Positions 55,801 to 64,000 of a stretch of DNA of 64,000 nucleotides are shown here, one piece after another. The notes under the pieces are model-generated. The model ran no database searches. It saw nothing but the letters and a program-made list of their open reading frames with translations, and was not told the origin of the DNA. The DNA lies in the IMG/VR virus record IMGVR_UViG_3300021256_000076, positions 1 through 64,000 of that record; one strand, given 5' to 3'. Made by a program: the position numbers and the translations under genes. Within the stretch, counting starts at the first letter, position 1. Each line of letters starts with the position of its first letter. This DNA is from a virus (lineage: Duplodnaviria; Caudoviricetes).

Positions 55801-58297
55801 ACTCGGTTATAACACCAAAGAGATAGGTCTCTTATTTAACCAGCCTATTATCCGTAAGGTATGTGAGGATGCATTTAATAAGGGGTACAGCAATGCCAAG
55901 ACCGCCATTGATGATGCTGTCAAGCTGCTGATGGATCACATGACTAGCTTTAATCCAAATGAGGCCATCCCTTTGACTGAGCAGGACCTTGCCTCTGGTA
56001 TTATCGGAGAAAGGCTAATGCTGGAAGAGGGAAAGTCACAGGAAGACTTCTTTGCAAATAATGCTAGGATGCAGATGCAGGCTTTGATGCTCTTCAATCA
56101 GATTTATAGTGCTGCTCAGGACATTTCACAGTTTGTCATGAACACTAAGTTTACTGCCTCTAATGCTGTCAGTTCAACCTTCGGAGGCATGTATGCCCAG
56201 CAGGAGAAAGTTGATAAGTATGTTGATAAATTCCCAGGCAAGAAGACTGAAAAAGGCACACTTACATATAAAGTGGTAGTTGTTCAGGGTGCTCAGGAAG
56301 CAGGGTTGTTTGCAATGCCTATTGACAACAATGAGAAGTATGTCACTATGTCAAAGAAGGAGTACCTTCACACTGTCAGGTTCAATCCTTTTGCATATGA
56401 GCAGGCTATGTATGATACCAATAGAAAGGCCATAAAGCTGCTGGCAAAGTATTTCCCTTATGAAAAGCCTTTGTATAAAGGAGTAAGGGAAAAGATGCAG
56501 AGTCTTGCAAGATATGGCTCTCTGTCTGAAGATGACATTAATGCTGTACATAGCAATGTTCCTGTAGCCTTACTGGCCAAGCAGACCAGTTCACTATTCA
56601 ACGGAGAGAAGCTTCATGAAGGTACAGATGTTACCAATAGAAAGTACTATCGTGAAAAATTCGCTTCTATCCTTGCTGATAAGATAGCTGCTGATCCAGA
56701 CGGCTTAGGCTCTTTGGCAATCTTCAAGTATCTCTATCCTTCTTCTGAGACTGTTGTAACAAGTATAGATCCTGTCACAGGTTTGGAACATACTGATGAA
56801 GTCTGGAAGATATCAATGCAGGACATAGGAGGCATGGATGCTGATACTAAGGAGGAGATAAGGGAGTCTTGGGCTTATCTGATGGAAGTTAAGGATGACG
56901 GACATTTTGATAGTGTTGAAATGGCTGAACTTGGAAGAGATCTTTTCATGTATTGTTACTATCAGTTAGGGTTTGACTTTAGCCCTATGTCATTCATGCA
57001 TCTGGCTCCTACAGCTGTCAAGGACAGTATTCCTGTACCAAGAAGTGAAAGTCTTGCTCCTAAGCACTGGAATCAGGAAGAAGGAATCAAACCTAATTCT
57101 GATGATGTATATGTATGGTCTCCTTCTATGGTTGGAGGAGCTGAAAGAGCTTCAGATGACTTTGATGCAAATCTTGGATATACAGACGAACTGTCAGGTA
57201 ACTCTTTCCAATTATCAGATATGAAGCCCAACAACTTCAGAAAGTTAATTGAGGAGGCTACCAGCCATCCTGAACTCAGGTTTAAGCTGGCTATGGATTT
57301 AACTCAGGATGAGTTTGATGCTTTTGCTGGAGCTGGCGGAGATATTCCTTCCAACATCTACTTCTCTCCAGCTACAAGGGCTGAGACCTCTAATGGTAAA
57401 CCTTTGTCTTATGGAAAAAACAGAAGTTACAGGCAGTTCCTCTATGAAATCCTTGATGGCACCGAGCAGGGTCTTAACCAAGATGAGTTTGCCCAGATGT
57501 GGATTCTTAATCACTTGAATAATCCAAGGTTTGTGCTGGATACTAGTAAAGGAGGAGAAAGACTAAGGGAAATCATTAAGGAAATGGTTCCTGTAAGTGC
57601 TCAAAGAGAAGGCACTGGGTATAAAGCAACTATATCAATAGATGTTAGTAAATATCAGAATGAGCAGGATAAAAGTGCCGTGGAGGACCTAGTATCTATA
57701 ACCAGGGATCCTCAAAGCAAAAGGATTGTAGAAAGTAAATGGTGTCCATGTATCGTCATTAATGGCTCCTATTATCTGGCAGAAAGTGGTACTGACTTAG
57801 GGTTCAATATTAACACTGATGTCAAGATTGACTATCGTAAGTATGAGCCTTGGGGAGGTGCAAAGACTATTGAATATGATAATGGTAAGAAGCTTCTTCC
57901 ACAGATGCAATACAGGTCATCTTTATCTGCTACACCAGAAAAGGCAGATGATAAGCCTGTTGATTCAATGGCTCCAACTCAAGCCTCTAACGACTCTAAC
58001 CTTACTTCTGAGGGGGCTACCACTCCTTCTACTGAGCCTTCTAATAGTGAAGGAGCTAATATCAATATGACACGTCAGCAAATGGAAGACTATGTGTTTG
58101 ATGAGTATTTCAGAGCGTATCTAAAATATGATTTTGCTTCTCCTGAAGACAAGGCGTTGATAGCCAATATGCGCAGGGAGTTGAATTCTAAATCAGAAGA
58201 AGACTTAAGTGCTGAGATTGATAGGATCAGAAAAGCCTGTCGGGATAAAGGTGTTATGATGTTGGATAATCAGGGCAATCCAATGCAAGGATGCTAA
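49805..58297 (+). CDS. Virion-packaged two-barrel RNA polymerase (crAss-like gp66 type), 2830 aa
   Basis: TDGQGY, YRIPTE and catalytic AGFDFDIDK; size and context. Confidence 0.9.
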   Translation: MASPKCYIVNSRIDGKIAEWFGWSPQMGKRGMNPAKIASLRGLYDQQAEEKGIEPLLPMDNPTDEDLEKAAKALMKFRTGIRESHRARMARGTKHIDRAYDTLRHSYSLHQRQSRISLISNLFSEEVDRLMEGGKADRQKYVNGFSTISGEFVGGEFSILEGVYNNLLEIRANYYRSADDPNTHFNNLKQATIEAEGRGELGPLSFAGAPQTVEEYRKMSQHCYEEYTKVLENWDELVPFVLKDLVKKEGVKIGVKKEYAVAASSDSFGDNDIAAKWDMSESKRDGWMENSDLQSSFGSVGQQVRRILATVPMMEQEPHFVPATNLDGTPYRKYVGMKSIPVVDDLGNQVFMDPMKTHQELQEFLKGIQNSEDMLYKMCKKGKPGEAKIPWMQPIVDVLISNPQASTQFFCDFKRNFQPYSIMFDDKEEGNSFIRKIKTRVLNKAKNYLKGKYDMTISSKGKLPANSKVWIEKSQVVFDEDTKEVNWKRLAELRQEVLKWTKEDTAPVENEQQGLDLRTAKKFGVSTAPLINNARDASIVVDGKTQRVTYEMKRKFLMDVFSSLGYDVTVDTIDSILQSRDIYTVREQLEQLFDSTGKTGLVYMLGEKGGFNERKTFKEITSGKKDIREAAVKALSDRHIKFRSLYQRPSDNGRPIQEHSEKLLDTISKHQEGYRVESRVRYNGNTMYSFVSPSYLGDRLEVIQSYVEADNKIGLLQFLRNEYLNSPFFVDDEYLAYNGASGRILNMWLSDMVAACKDRKTPLMESVAAIFNYERDLGREDKKFEDFTAKEHGLDMFVHFFADEQQRKGYGGRGTNNLQKKLSAMYPVFILGDAGVSKYIRAPRISSAVPIDKNGNVLDMADAGKRVKVEYRFDSEAQEKILDAFWDVYMQEKRRMAMDEAMTYKMYANGKEVKHPKGEFSILTFFNDENYSIPQGKEYDSPTIKAIIRQYLEDASIGSDTLKSKGRKSFKQRMEDLGILETVDARKGKAIVKTYRNISSIATPENIDDKIREFYWNTKLATAQQLQIMTIDPSFYHGTKDLQKRYKEIHAPGTVLDVKAVDFDGQLYCPERYTTRNGVSHTIPAGTECVAYFDDVRVDADETNKEFMDVMRKVFKDNPEIVEEYKKNTLTDGQGYRTLTSYRRVMGMAGRWTKDQDEAYKAIMQIRSRHIADDSDTTPEELEQIAKLAVVLQPIKPYMFTHEKYPIKINKKDSNSNDVIGTDGNPVKIDAYQLIPVQHKYAEALIIPELMPKGSKLRDLANWMEAHEVDMVGSTKIGKVGVFGQAKLEGITDKAGLETAMSAAYIHELPYSDYRIQTNVPEHINSSQLFGTQVRKLIMSGLDMRDDYTSYLENATGFNGTINLSTSTDENDSNKKASLRGRNLLALYNSLICANIMDSYDKFAQNAGDIEALADMLQQSTVGSTREAMDNLFSYVVTGNEKAFKKFLIPLFEGGLEHDSAALILSTFKKIVNKQQISGGSAVQVSAFGIDGYEKDGGLRYVADPDNDANILYAEIEMPFDKSFMLDVKDANGNVTKQPVSLSYDKYCYSNGYLIPTGEAIEEKLPNGKINPIWKKYQSYTYKEVDGKLVPCKFDDQNAEVYKPLIEEEYPDILSILAYRIPTERDYSMINCQIKRFTQKTAGGTLKVPPQGTTIAGFDFDIDKLYFMQREYHKHYNDKAYVESNFSDRDKLDIWSIFFDANPEIKQALEAARAEAESKDSNLVDYVPIIRKGVDTGRKRLHHKTTLNSYWDAANIEKGFGKNKGVAFMETAQSEGIKPTQNVSTNTTEWMESYDFDKSPEENTRAARNNLLITLIQARLMDPATAKQRYTPGGFANASKAARLMRELFHGDLTGVYSNGRVDMAALERRQDSDTDPEPNYDPTDPYTMLVYNQQNQVAAKLIGIFANQNTNHAFASSMDVFELLESISFCGKSAKDLLYKPAPNASQQEKDRLADKRAEIDLNMAEFLAASVDAVKDPVLNFLNLNTITADSGALLARLGYNTKEIGLLFNQPIIRKVCEDAFNKGYSNAKTAIDDAVKLLMDHMTSFNPNEAIPLTEQDLASGIIGERLMLEEGKSQEDFFANNARMQMQALMLFNQIYSAAQDISQFVMNTKFTASNAVSSTFGGMYAQQEKVDKYVDKFPGKKTEKGTLTYKVVVVQGAQEAGLFAMPIDNNEKYVTMSKKEYLHTVRFNPFAYEQAMYDTNRKAIKLLAKYFPYEKPLYKGVREKMQSLARYGSLSEDDINAVHSNVPVALLAKQTSSLFNGEKLHEGTDVTNRKYYREKFASILADKIAADPDGLGSLAIFKYLYPSSETVVTSIDPVTGLEHTDEVWKISMQDIGGMDADTKEEIRESWAYLMEVKDDGHFDSVEMAELGRDLFMYCYYQLGFDFSPMSFMHLAPTAVKDSIPVPRSESLAPKHWNQEEGIKPNSDDVYVWSPSMVGGAERASDDFDANLGYTDELSGNSFQLSDMKPNNFRKLIEEATSHPELRFKLAMDLTQDEFDAFAGAGGDIPSNIYFSPATRAETSNGKPLSYGKNRSYRQFLYEILDGTEQGLNQDEFAQMWILNHLNNPRFVLDTSKGGERLREIIKEMVPVSAQREGTGYKATISIDVSKYQNEQDKSAVEDLVSITRDPQSKRIVESKWCPCIVINGSYYLAESGTDLGFNINTDVKIDYRKYEPWGGAKTIEYDNGKKLLPQMQYRSSLSATPEKADDKPVDSMAPTQASNDSNLTSEGATTPSTEPSNSEGANINMTRQQMEDYVFDEYFRAYLKYDFASPEDKALIANMRRELNSKSEEDLSAEIDRIRKACRDKGVMMLDNQGNPMQGC

Positions 58298-58324
58298 GTG
58301 TATAATAGGATAACAAGATAGAGT

Positions 58325-61300
58325 ATGAGTAAATCATGTACAATTTTAGCTCATGTAAGAAGGCCTAATGGAGAAATAGTGGAAAGCAGGTTATTTAATG
58401 ACCTGCTCCACTATACCTCTAATAACAGGGAACTGGCCAAGGAGTATTATGCAGTAGGAACTAATGAAGACTTTCTTTCTAGAGTAAGAGATTCTGAAGA
58501 GTTTCAGACTGATGAGAATGGAGAAATTACCTTTAAGTCTTTGAGGTCTTTATCTAAGATGGACATTGAGACTGATAAGGTGGTTCAAGTACTGAATCAG
58601 GATATTGGGCAAGGTGAGTACTCCTATGAAGAAGCTCTCAGGAGAATTCAGGAATTCAATGAGAACAATAGCTGGTCAGATAAGATGCTAGCTACCATGG
58701 TTCCTTTAGGCAATGGCAAGTATTTTGTATCTGTAGTTCCTCAGACCAAGACAGTTACAAGTGTCGAAGGGAAGGAGGAGGTGGAGGGGAATGCAATTAA
58801 TGAGAAGAAACAACTCCACGATGTAGTTAGAAATGAGGAACTTGAAAGAAGAATCAAAGGATTATTAAGAAGCCATGGTGTATCAGTAAAATTCCTTGAA
58901 GGGGACAGGCAAGGTGGCAGGTATTCTACTGAGAATGTGTCTGCCATGGAAAATGGCCTCTATGGGCTTATAGAGGTTAATGAGAAGGGCTATGTAACTG
59001 ATGTCTTAGCAGAAGAAGCAGGCCACTTTGCTGTAGCCGCCTTAGGAAATAATCCTCTTGTACAGAGATTGGAGAAGCTTCTTGGCAACAAGGAAACTCA
59101 AAGGGAGGCTCTTGGTGAAGACGAATATGACAATGCTGCTCTTGGTAATAATCCAGCAAGAGAGGTTGCAGGCAGATTAGTAGGTAAAGCCCTTCAGAGA
59201 AAACTTGACAACAATGCTCCTTTCAAAGTACTTGCTAACAGGATAGCCAATCTTGCTAAGAGAGTTTTCTATAACTTTACAGGCAATGAAATGAGGTGGG
59301 CTGCTGCAAAAGCAGAACAGGTGGCTAATAGGATTGCCTATCAGTTTGTAGAAGGCAATAATAAATTTTCTGTGCAGAATGCCTTAGACATTAAAGAAAC
59401 TATGAGGGATGCCAGCTTAACTATAAATCAAAAAGTCTATAGGGATACTATGGATGAGCTTGGCAGAATGGTCAAAAGGCTGGATGCAATATCACAAGAC
59501 CAATTTGCAGGGCAAATGCAGGCCTCTCAGGCAATGGCAATACTGGCAGGTACCGATAGTACTACCGGGCAGAATGCACTTCAAATGGATACCTTTGCTG
59601 ACGCTTATGCCTTTGATGGGATTGTGCAAGCTCTTGTTCAGGTAACTGATTACTTAGGGCCTGGCAAAGAGATTGACCAGATGATGAAAGCTGTTAATCT
59701 AGAGAATCCATCGGAGTTTTATGCCAACATGGCAAGGAATGGCAGATATCTTAGACAGGCAAGAACATTCCTTAGAAGTGCAGAGATTATCATTGACATG
59801 TTAGATAGAGTCACTAATGGTGTAGGAAGTAATCAAATAAAGCTAGCCAATGGGTCAACTATAAATGATGTCAGATACCAAGATGAGAATGGCACTTGGA
59901 AAAGTATTGATATGAAGAATGCTATTGTCACCTATAGGAACATTATCGCATCTGCTAAAAGTGAATTGACAAATCTTGAAAGTGCCTATTTTGCTAAATT
60001 CTGCGAAGATATATATGGAAGCAAATACATTACTTCTACTGCAGGAGTACTTTGGTCTGATATCTGGCAAGGAACAGAGCCTTTAGGTGAGCAGTCCAAA
60101 AGTATTGCAGATATGGTTAATGGGGAGGGCATGGAAGATATTGATGTCTTTCATAGGTATCTTGGTTCTATGTCCAACAATCCTGATGTCATTGGACAGA
60201 TTGCAGATAAGTTGGTAAAGACTGCCAATAAGACCGCCGATGATATGACTATTAAGTATCAGGAGCGTCTTATGGTTCTAAAGGAAAGGGCAGAACAGTT
60301 GGGGTTAGATGTTGCTGATTTAGTGGAAAGAGATGAAAACGGCATTCCAACAGGAAATATAATTACTCCTCCCGCTGCTCCTACACAGGAAGGCAATAGA
60401 GAAGAAGACTTTATTTATGATGCTTATATGGCAGAATTTGATTCTGTCCCTGCTGTCCATTATGGTAAATGGGAAAAAGCAAGAGAGGAGCATAAGAAAA
60501 AATACTGGGAAAAGTTCAAGGAAGATAACCCTGATTGGGAATCTATGTCAGGCTTTACAAGAGGCTATAAGTGGGATCAGTATTACAGAGAAGAGTTTAA
60601 GAAATGGAATGCTACCAATAGCATAAAGGTTGAAGTAAAAGATGCCTCAGGAGAAGTACTTTATATAAAGTGGGTGCCTAATTTAATTTATCAGTCAGAT
60701 CAGTGGGATAGCCTGAAAGCAAAGTATCCTAACAGAAACGGAGATTCTTTGGAACAGTGGCTTTCTGACTACCGTAAAATCAAGGAAGAGCTTGACTCTA
60801 TGCTTCCCACTGGTTCTACTGTATCTCATAGGCTACCTCAGTTTAGAGGTACTTTCATGAACTCTGTCAGGAATTCCATGCCATTAGAGAAAGGGCCGTT
60901 CAAGGCAGCTAATGCTTGGAGAAAGACTTTTGGCCGTAGGGTTATTTTAGAAAGTTTTGTAGAAACTTCTGAAGATACTGATTATGGAAGTTTACACACT
61001 ATGAACTCTGTCGATGACGAGCTTCTTGGAACCAAGTTGAACTATGAAGAGGAAAGAGCCCAGAGAATACCTATCTTTGGTGTCAATAAGATGCAGAATA
61101 TGCAAGATCTTTCTACTGACCTCTTCCACTCTATGCTTTCTTATGCTGCGATGGCAACTAGTTATCAGTGCTTGGATAATGTAGTGGATGGTCTTGAAGT
61201 AGGAAGGGAAGCTCTTTATAATCGTAAGATTCAAGGAAAAGAGAACTGGCTAGAAAAAGGTATCAGATTTGGTAAGGCTAAGGTTGGCAACAGGTTCAAG

Positions 61301-63232
61301 CCAGCAGGAGGTCAGTATGAAGTTTATGATACTGGTGGTAAAAATAGAGCTTATGGTAGGTACATAAAGTTCTTGGATAAGCAGGTCTATGGTATTAGTG
61401 CTACACATTGGGGTATCACACTTTGGAATGGAAAGAGAATATTACTCAATAAGCTTATTCAGAACATATCAAGTCTTGGAGGCTCTTTATTCCTGAAAGG
61501 TAATATTCCTGGAGGTATTGTCAATACTCTCACCGGCTTTAATAACATCTTCAAAGAAGCTGTAGTCGGAGAGTACTTTGATAAAGAAAGCTGGAGTTTT
61601 GCCCATGCATATTATTTTAAGAACTGTCCTCAGATGTGGATGGAAGCTGGGCAGCCTAAAAAAAGTAATAGATTAAGTCTGTTTCTTGAACACATGAATG
61701 CCCAAAGTTCTAACAGAGAGAAGTTCAGAAACTGGCACACTACAAGGTCCAGGCTTAATAATTTATATCGTTCAGTTTGGTATCTTCCATACTCTTCTGG
61801 TGATCACTACATGCAGGCAATGGCCTATTTAGCAGTAGCACATGGCACTAAGCTGTATGACACAGATGGTAAAATGAAGAGTAATCTGTGGGAATCCTAC
61901 AAGAGAGTCCAAAATACAGATGAAAACGATAAGTATAATAGTGGATACTCCCTTGAATTTGAAAGGTTCTGCCCTCTTAGTGCTAGAGATATTACTTCTG
62001 AGGAGTTAAATACTAAAGGAGCTTTTTTAAAAACTGTCACCAAGTCTACTCAGGATTTTGAAGATTGGCTAGTATGGCAAGATGCCCGTTTTGCCGATGA
62101 AACTTTTAGAAAGAATAATCCTAGAGAATATAACGTATACAGAAATGTATATGACGGGCTTACTACAGAAACTTTAATGCAGCATAAGGCAGAAAAATAT
62201 AATGTATTAACAAGCATTCTTCAGAAAACTGAAGATTATATCAATTCCGCTAGCCCGTTAGTGTCAGTTCCTTCTTTTACTGCAAAAGAGCAGGAGTATT
62301 TAGCTACTAAGAGTATTGGCACTGGAAACTATGCAGATATTCTTCAGACTGTTAGGGATGATATCTATAGCATTATTTGGTCTAAAGCAGCAGAATCTGG
62401 GTATATGGATTTATGCAGGGAAGAGAATATCAGAAACCACGGTATCTACAATGAGCAAGATAAGACAACTTGGCACCAGCAATGGTATACAAATGCTTTT
62501 CTTGCCATGAAAGGATGGGCACTAGGTTATTTAGAAATGATGTACTCTAACAACCACTACAGCACTATTCTTGGTAGAAATGTAGAAGGTTTTTTAAATA
62601 CAGGAGTCAAAGTACCTGCTTATATTATTGCCACAGCCTTTGTGAGACATAGTATGCATGATTGGAAAGATATACTTATTACATTTGTCAATCCTTGGTC
62701 AAAAAGAGCAAACACTGCTTTAACTAAGGCTGGCTTTTCTGAGCATCAGGTATTCAATGCAAGAAGAATGGTTGCAGCAGAACTTCTAATTGGTTTCTTA
62801 TATGCTCTTAAAATAGCTACAGCAAGAGGGGATGGAGATGATGACGATGATGATAAGGAGTATGATGCAGATACAGGAAAAGTCTATTATCTTGCTATGA
62901 GAACTCTTCTTGAGCAAGAAGCTTTCATATGGATTCCTGAGATATACAAGCAAACAGGTCAATTAATGGACTTTGTGCCAGTTGGCTTTGCGGCACTTAT
63001 GGATCTGTGGAATTTAGGAGATGAAGGTATTGAAGCTTTAAATGGATATGAAAAAGGAAGCAAGTACTTCTACCATCGAGATGATAAAAATGGGAGATAT
63101 GATAAGTATGATTCCAAGTTTGAGCACCACCTTGAAAGATTGATTCCTTATTGGAAGTCAGTATGGGCTATTGAGCATCCTTATGAAGCGGCAGAAAATT
63201 ATGAATTTGGTCGCAAATTAAGGACTAGATAG
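58325..63232 (+). CDS. Large virion/ejection (cargo) protein adjacent to the RNA polymerase
   Basis: 1635 aa, mostly helical; EEAGH zincin-like remnant; hydrophobic segments near the C-terminus. Confidence 0.7.
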   Translation: MSKSCTILAHVRRPNGEIVESRLFNDLLHYTSNNRELAKEYYAVGTNEDFLSRVRDSEEFQTDENGEITFKSLRSLSKMDIETDKVVQVLNQDIGQGEYSYEEALRRIQEFNENNSWSDKMLATMVPLGNGKYFVSVVPQTKTVTSVEGKEEVEGNAINEKKQLHDVVRNEELERRIKGLLRSHGVSVKFLEGDRQGGRYSTENVSAMENGLYGLIEVNEKGYVTDVLAEEAGHFAVAALGNNPLVQRLEKLLGNKETQREALGEDEYDNAALGNNPAREVAGRLVGKALQRKLDNNAPFKVLANRIANLAKRVFYNFTGNEMRWAAAKAEQVANRIAYQFVEGNNKFSVQNALDIKETMRDASLTINQKVYRDTMDELGRMVKRLDAISQDQFAGQMQASQAMAILAGTDSTTGQNALQMDTFADAYAFDGIVQALVQVTDYLGPGKEIDQMMKAVNLENPSEFYANMARNGRYLRQARTFLRSAEIIIDMLDRVTNGVGSNQIKLANGSTINDVRYQDENGTWKSIDMKNAIVTYRNIIASAKSELTNLESAYFAKFCEDIYGSKYITSTAGVLWSDIWQGTEPLGEQSKSIADMVNGEGMEDIDVFHRYLGSMSNNPDVIGQIADKLVKTANKTADDMTIKYQERLMVLKERAEQLGLDVADLVERDENGIPTGNIITPPAAPTQEGNREEDFIYDAYMAEFDSVPAVHYGKWEKAREEHKKKYWEKFKEDNPDWESMSGFTRGYKWDQYYREEFKKWNATNSIKVEVKDASGEVLYIKWVPNLIYQSDQWDSLKAKYPNRNGDSLEQWLSDYRKIKEELDSMLPTGSTVSHRLPQFRGTFMNSVRNSMPLEKGPFKAANAWRKTFGRRVILESFVETSEDTDYGSLHTMNSVDDELLGTKLNYEEERAQRIPIFGVNKMQNMQDLSTDLFHSMLSYAAMATSYQCLDNVVDGLEVGREALYNRKIQGKENWLEKGIRFGKAKVGNRFKPAGGQYEVYDTGGKNRAYGRYIKFLDKQVYGISATHWGITLWNGKRILLNKLIQNISSLGGSLFLKGNIPGGIVNTLTGFNNIFKEAVVGEYFDKESWSFAHAYYFKNCPQMWMEAGQPKKSNRLSLFLEHMNAQSSNREKFRNWHTTRSRLNNLYRSVWYLPYSSGDHYMQAMAYLAVAHGTKLYDTDGKMKSNLWESYKRVQNTDENDKYNSGYSLEFERFCPLSARDITSEELNTKGAFLKTVTKSTQDFEDWLVWQDARFADETFRKNNPREYNVYRNVYDGLTTETLMQHKAEKYNVLTSILQKTEDYINSASPLVSVPSFTAKEQEYLATKSIGTGNYADILQTVRDDIYSIIWSKAAESGYMDLCREENIRNHGIYNEQDKTTWHQQWYTNAFLAMKGWALGYLEMMYSNNHYSTILGRNVEGFLNTGVKVPAYIIATAFVRHSMHDWKDILITFVNPWSKRANTALTKAGFSEHQVFNARRMVAAELLIGFLYALKIATARGDGDDDDDDKEYDADTGKVYYLAMRTLLEQEAFIWIPEIYKQTGQLMDFVPVGFAALMDLWNLGDEGIEALNGYEKGSKYFYHRDDKNGRYDKYDSKFEHHLERLIPYWKSVWAIEHPYEAAENYEFGRKLRTR

Positions 63233-63251
63233 TGTTTATGGTATTTGTTGT

Positions 63252-63740
63252 TTAGGGGAGAGAGCTATTAAGGATTTCTCCCCTTTTCTTTTTACACTTC
63301 TGATGAAAATACAAAACTAAAAACAGGAATATTCCTGCTACAATTATATGAAGTAAGAACAGTCCTTTATTTGATATAGGAATAGTAAATTTGTAATCAA
63401 TCCAACAAAGTATATTATTGACTAATATGTACCATAGAAACATTTTATGGTACTTGCAAAAGTGGAATACATCAGCTGCAAAGTAAATGAATAGCCAAGG
63501 AATCAGCCCAACGCTGCTTAAATAAGATATAGTAGGCCAGTCAATATAGAAATAAGATAAAATGGTATTAAGCAAAAACATAATTGCTAATACCATTGGA
63601 ATTACTTTTAAAAAGCCTAAAAACAGTTTATGCTTTGCGTTACTTAGTTTTAAGCTTTCCTCCACAAGAGTACCTTCTTTTTCCATTTCTGGTAACTCCT
63701 GCTTTACTAACATTGGCTCTAACTCTTCCACCTCTTGCAT
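63252..63740 (-). CDS. Multi-TM membrane protein (start may be 63686)
   Basis: Three to four hydrophobic segments; FCKYHKM motif. Confidence 0.7.
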   Translation of the reverse strand: MQEVEELEPMLVKQELPEMEKEGTLVEESLKLSNAKHKLFLGFLKVIPMVLAIMFLLNTILSYFYIDWPTISYLSSVGLIPWLFIYFAADVFHFCKYHKMFLWYILVNNILCWIDYKFTIPISNKGLFLLHIIVAGIFLFLVLYFHQKCKKKRGEILNSSLP

Positions 63741-63768
63741 AGCAATTAGCCTTCTTTGTTGTCTTCAT
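63640..63768 (-). CDS. 42-aa basic peptide overlapping the membrane-protein gene
   Basis: MKTTKKANCYARGGRVRANVSKAGVTRNGKRRYSCGGKLKTK; TAAATTTG promoter at 63778-63785. Confidence 0.6.
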   Translation of the reverse strand: MKTTKKANCYARGGRVRANVSKAGVTRNGKRRYSCGGKLKTK

Positions 63769-63819
63769 AATTTCCTGCAAATTTAAAAATTAATACTCAA
63801 AATACCAAATATATTAAGT

Positions 63820-64000
63820 TTATTTACCTTTTATTCTTTCCTTGCACAAAAGAAGTTCATCCTCATGCCAACGTAATTCTTTAAAACCAACTATCTTCTT
63901 GCCCTTAGGTATCTTTCCCATCCTGACATAATCATCAAACCTACTGATACTCAGGTTAAGATACTGGCATGCCTGTTCTTTGCTCATTGACTTATGAGCT
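63820..64000 (-). CDS. Excisionase/AlpA-like HTH protein (5' end outside window)
   Basis: MSKEQACQYLNLSISRFDDYVRMGKIPKG..LRW. Confidence 0.7.
   Translation of the reverse strand, partial: AHKSMSKEQACQYLNLSISRFDDYVRMGKIPKGKKIVGFKELRWHEDELLLCKERIKGK

Larger units (their letters stand above)
1..64000. mobile_element. crAss-like (Crassvirales-type) bacteriophage genome segment, Bacteroidales host
   Basis: Giant DFDID-motif RNA polymerase plus large partner protein; PolA/DnaB/primase/AAA/SSB/ThiF/JAB/UDG/dUTPase replication block; Bacteroidetes TAnnTTTG promoters; no host housekeeping genes. Confidence 0.92.

Noticed and set aside
41022-58297. Introns or inteins in polA and the RNA polymerase
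   Set aside because: Both are single uninterrupted ORFs, and I saw no intein C..HN motifs or embedded homing nucleases
49879-62510. Many short antisense or alternate-frame ORFs within the two giant genes
   Set aside because: Shadows caused by codon bias; no starts or motifs supporting expression
1-64000. Genome-wide alternative genetic code
   Set aside because: Long genes are intact in code 11, TAG and TGA terminate genes at expected positions, only two isolated in-frame stops were seen, and there is no suppressor tRNA in the window

Overview
The whole window is part of a crAss-like (Crassvirales-type) phage genome of a Bacteroidales host, read in the standard genetic code and strongly depleted in CG dinucleotides. 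From left to right it contains: (1) tRNAs and an IntDOT-type tyrosine integrase; (2) a short minus-strand block of membrane/lysis-like genes, two DUF559/Vsr-like paralogues and a discrete ~370-nt structured ncRNA; (3) a divergent control region at about 4.7-5.1 kb; (4) a long plus-strand early/accessory region with four tandem paralogues of a small beta-rich protein flanked by repeated motifs, tRNA-Arg(CCT), an anticodon-expanded tRNA-like RNA, a membrane-anchored PAP2 phosphatase and an array of GNRA hairpins; (5) a replication module (SF2 helicase, DnaB-like helicase, AAA_24 ATPase, SSB, primase, UDG, resolvase, exonuclease, dUTPase, retropepsin, PolA); (6) a second large structured ncRNA; (7) the 2830-aa virion RNA polymerase and a 1635-aa partner protein. 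The strongest candidate for a novel system is a contiguous Ubl-E2-JAB-E1 ubiquitin-like conjugation cassette at 31.5-36.7 kb, between primase and UDG. A second theme is a rich non-coding RNA layer. All calls rest on motifs recognised by eye, and no database searches were run.
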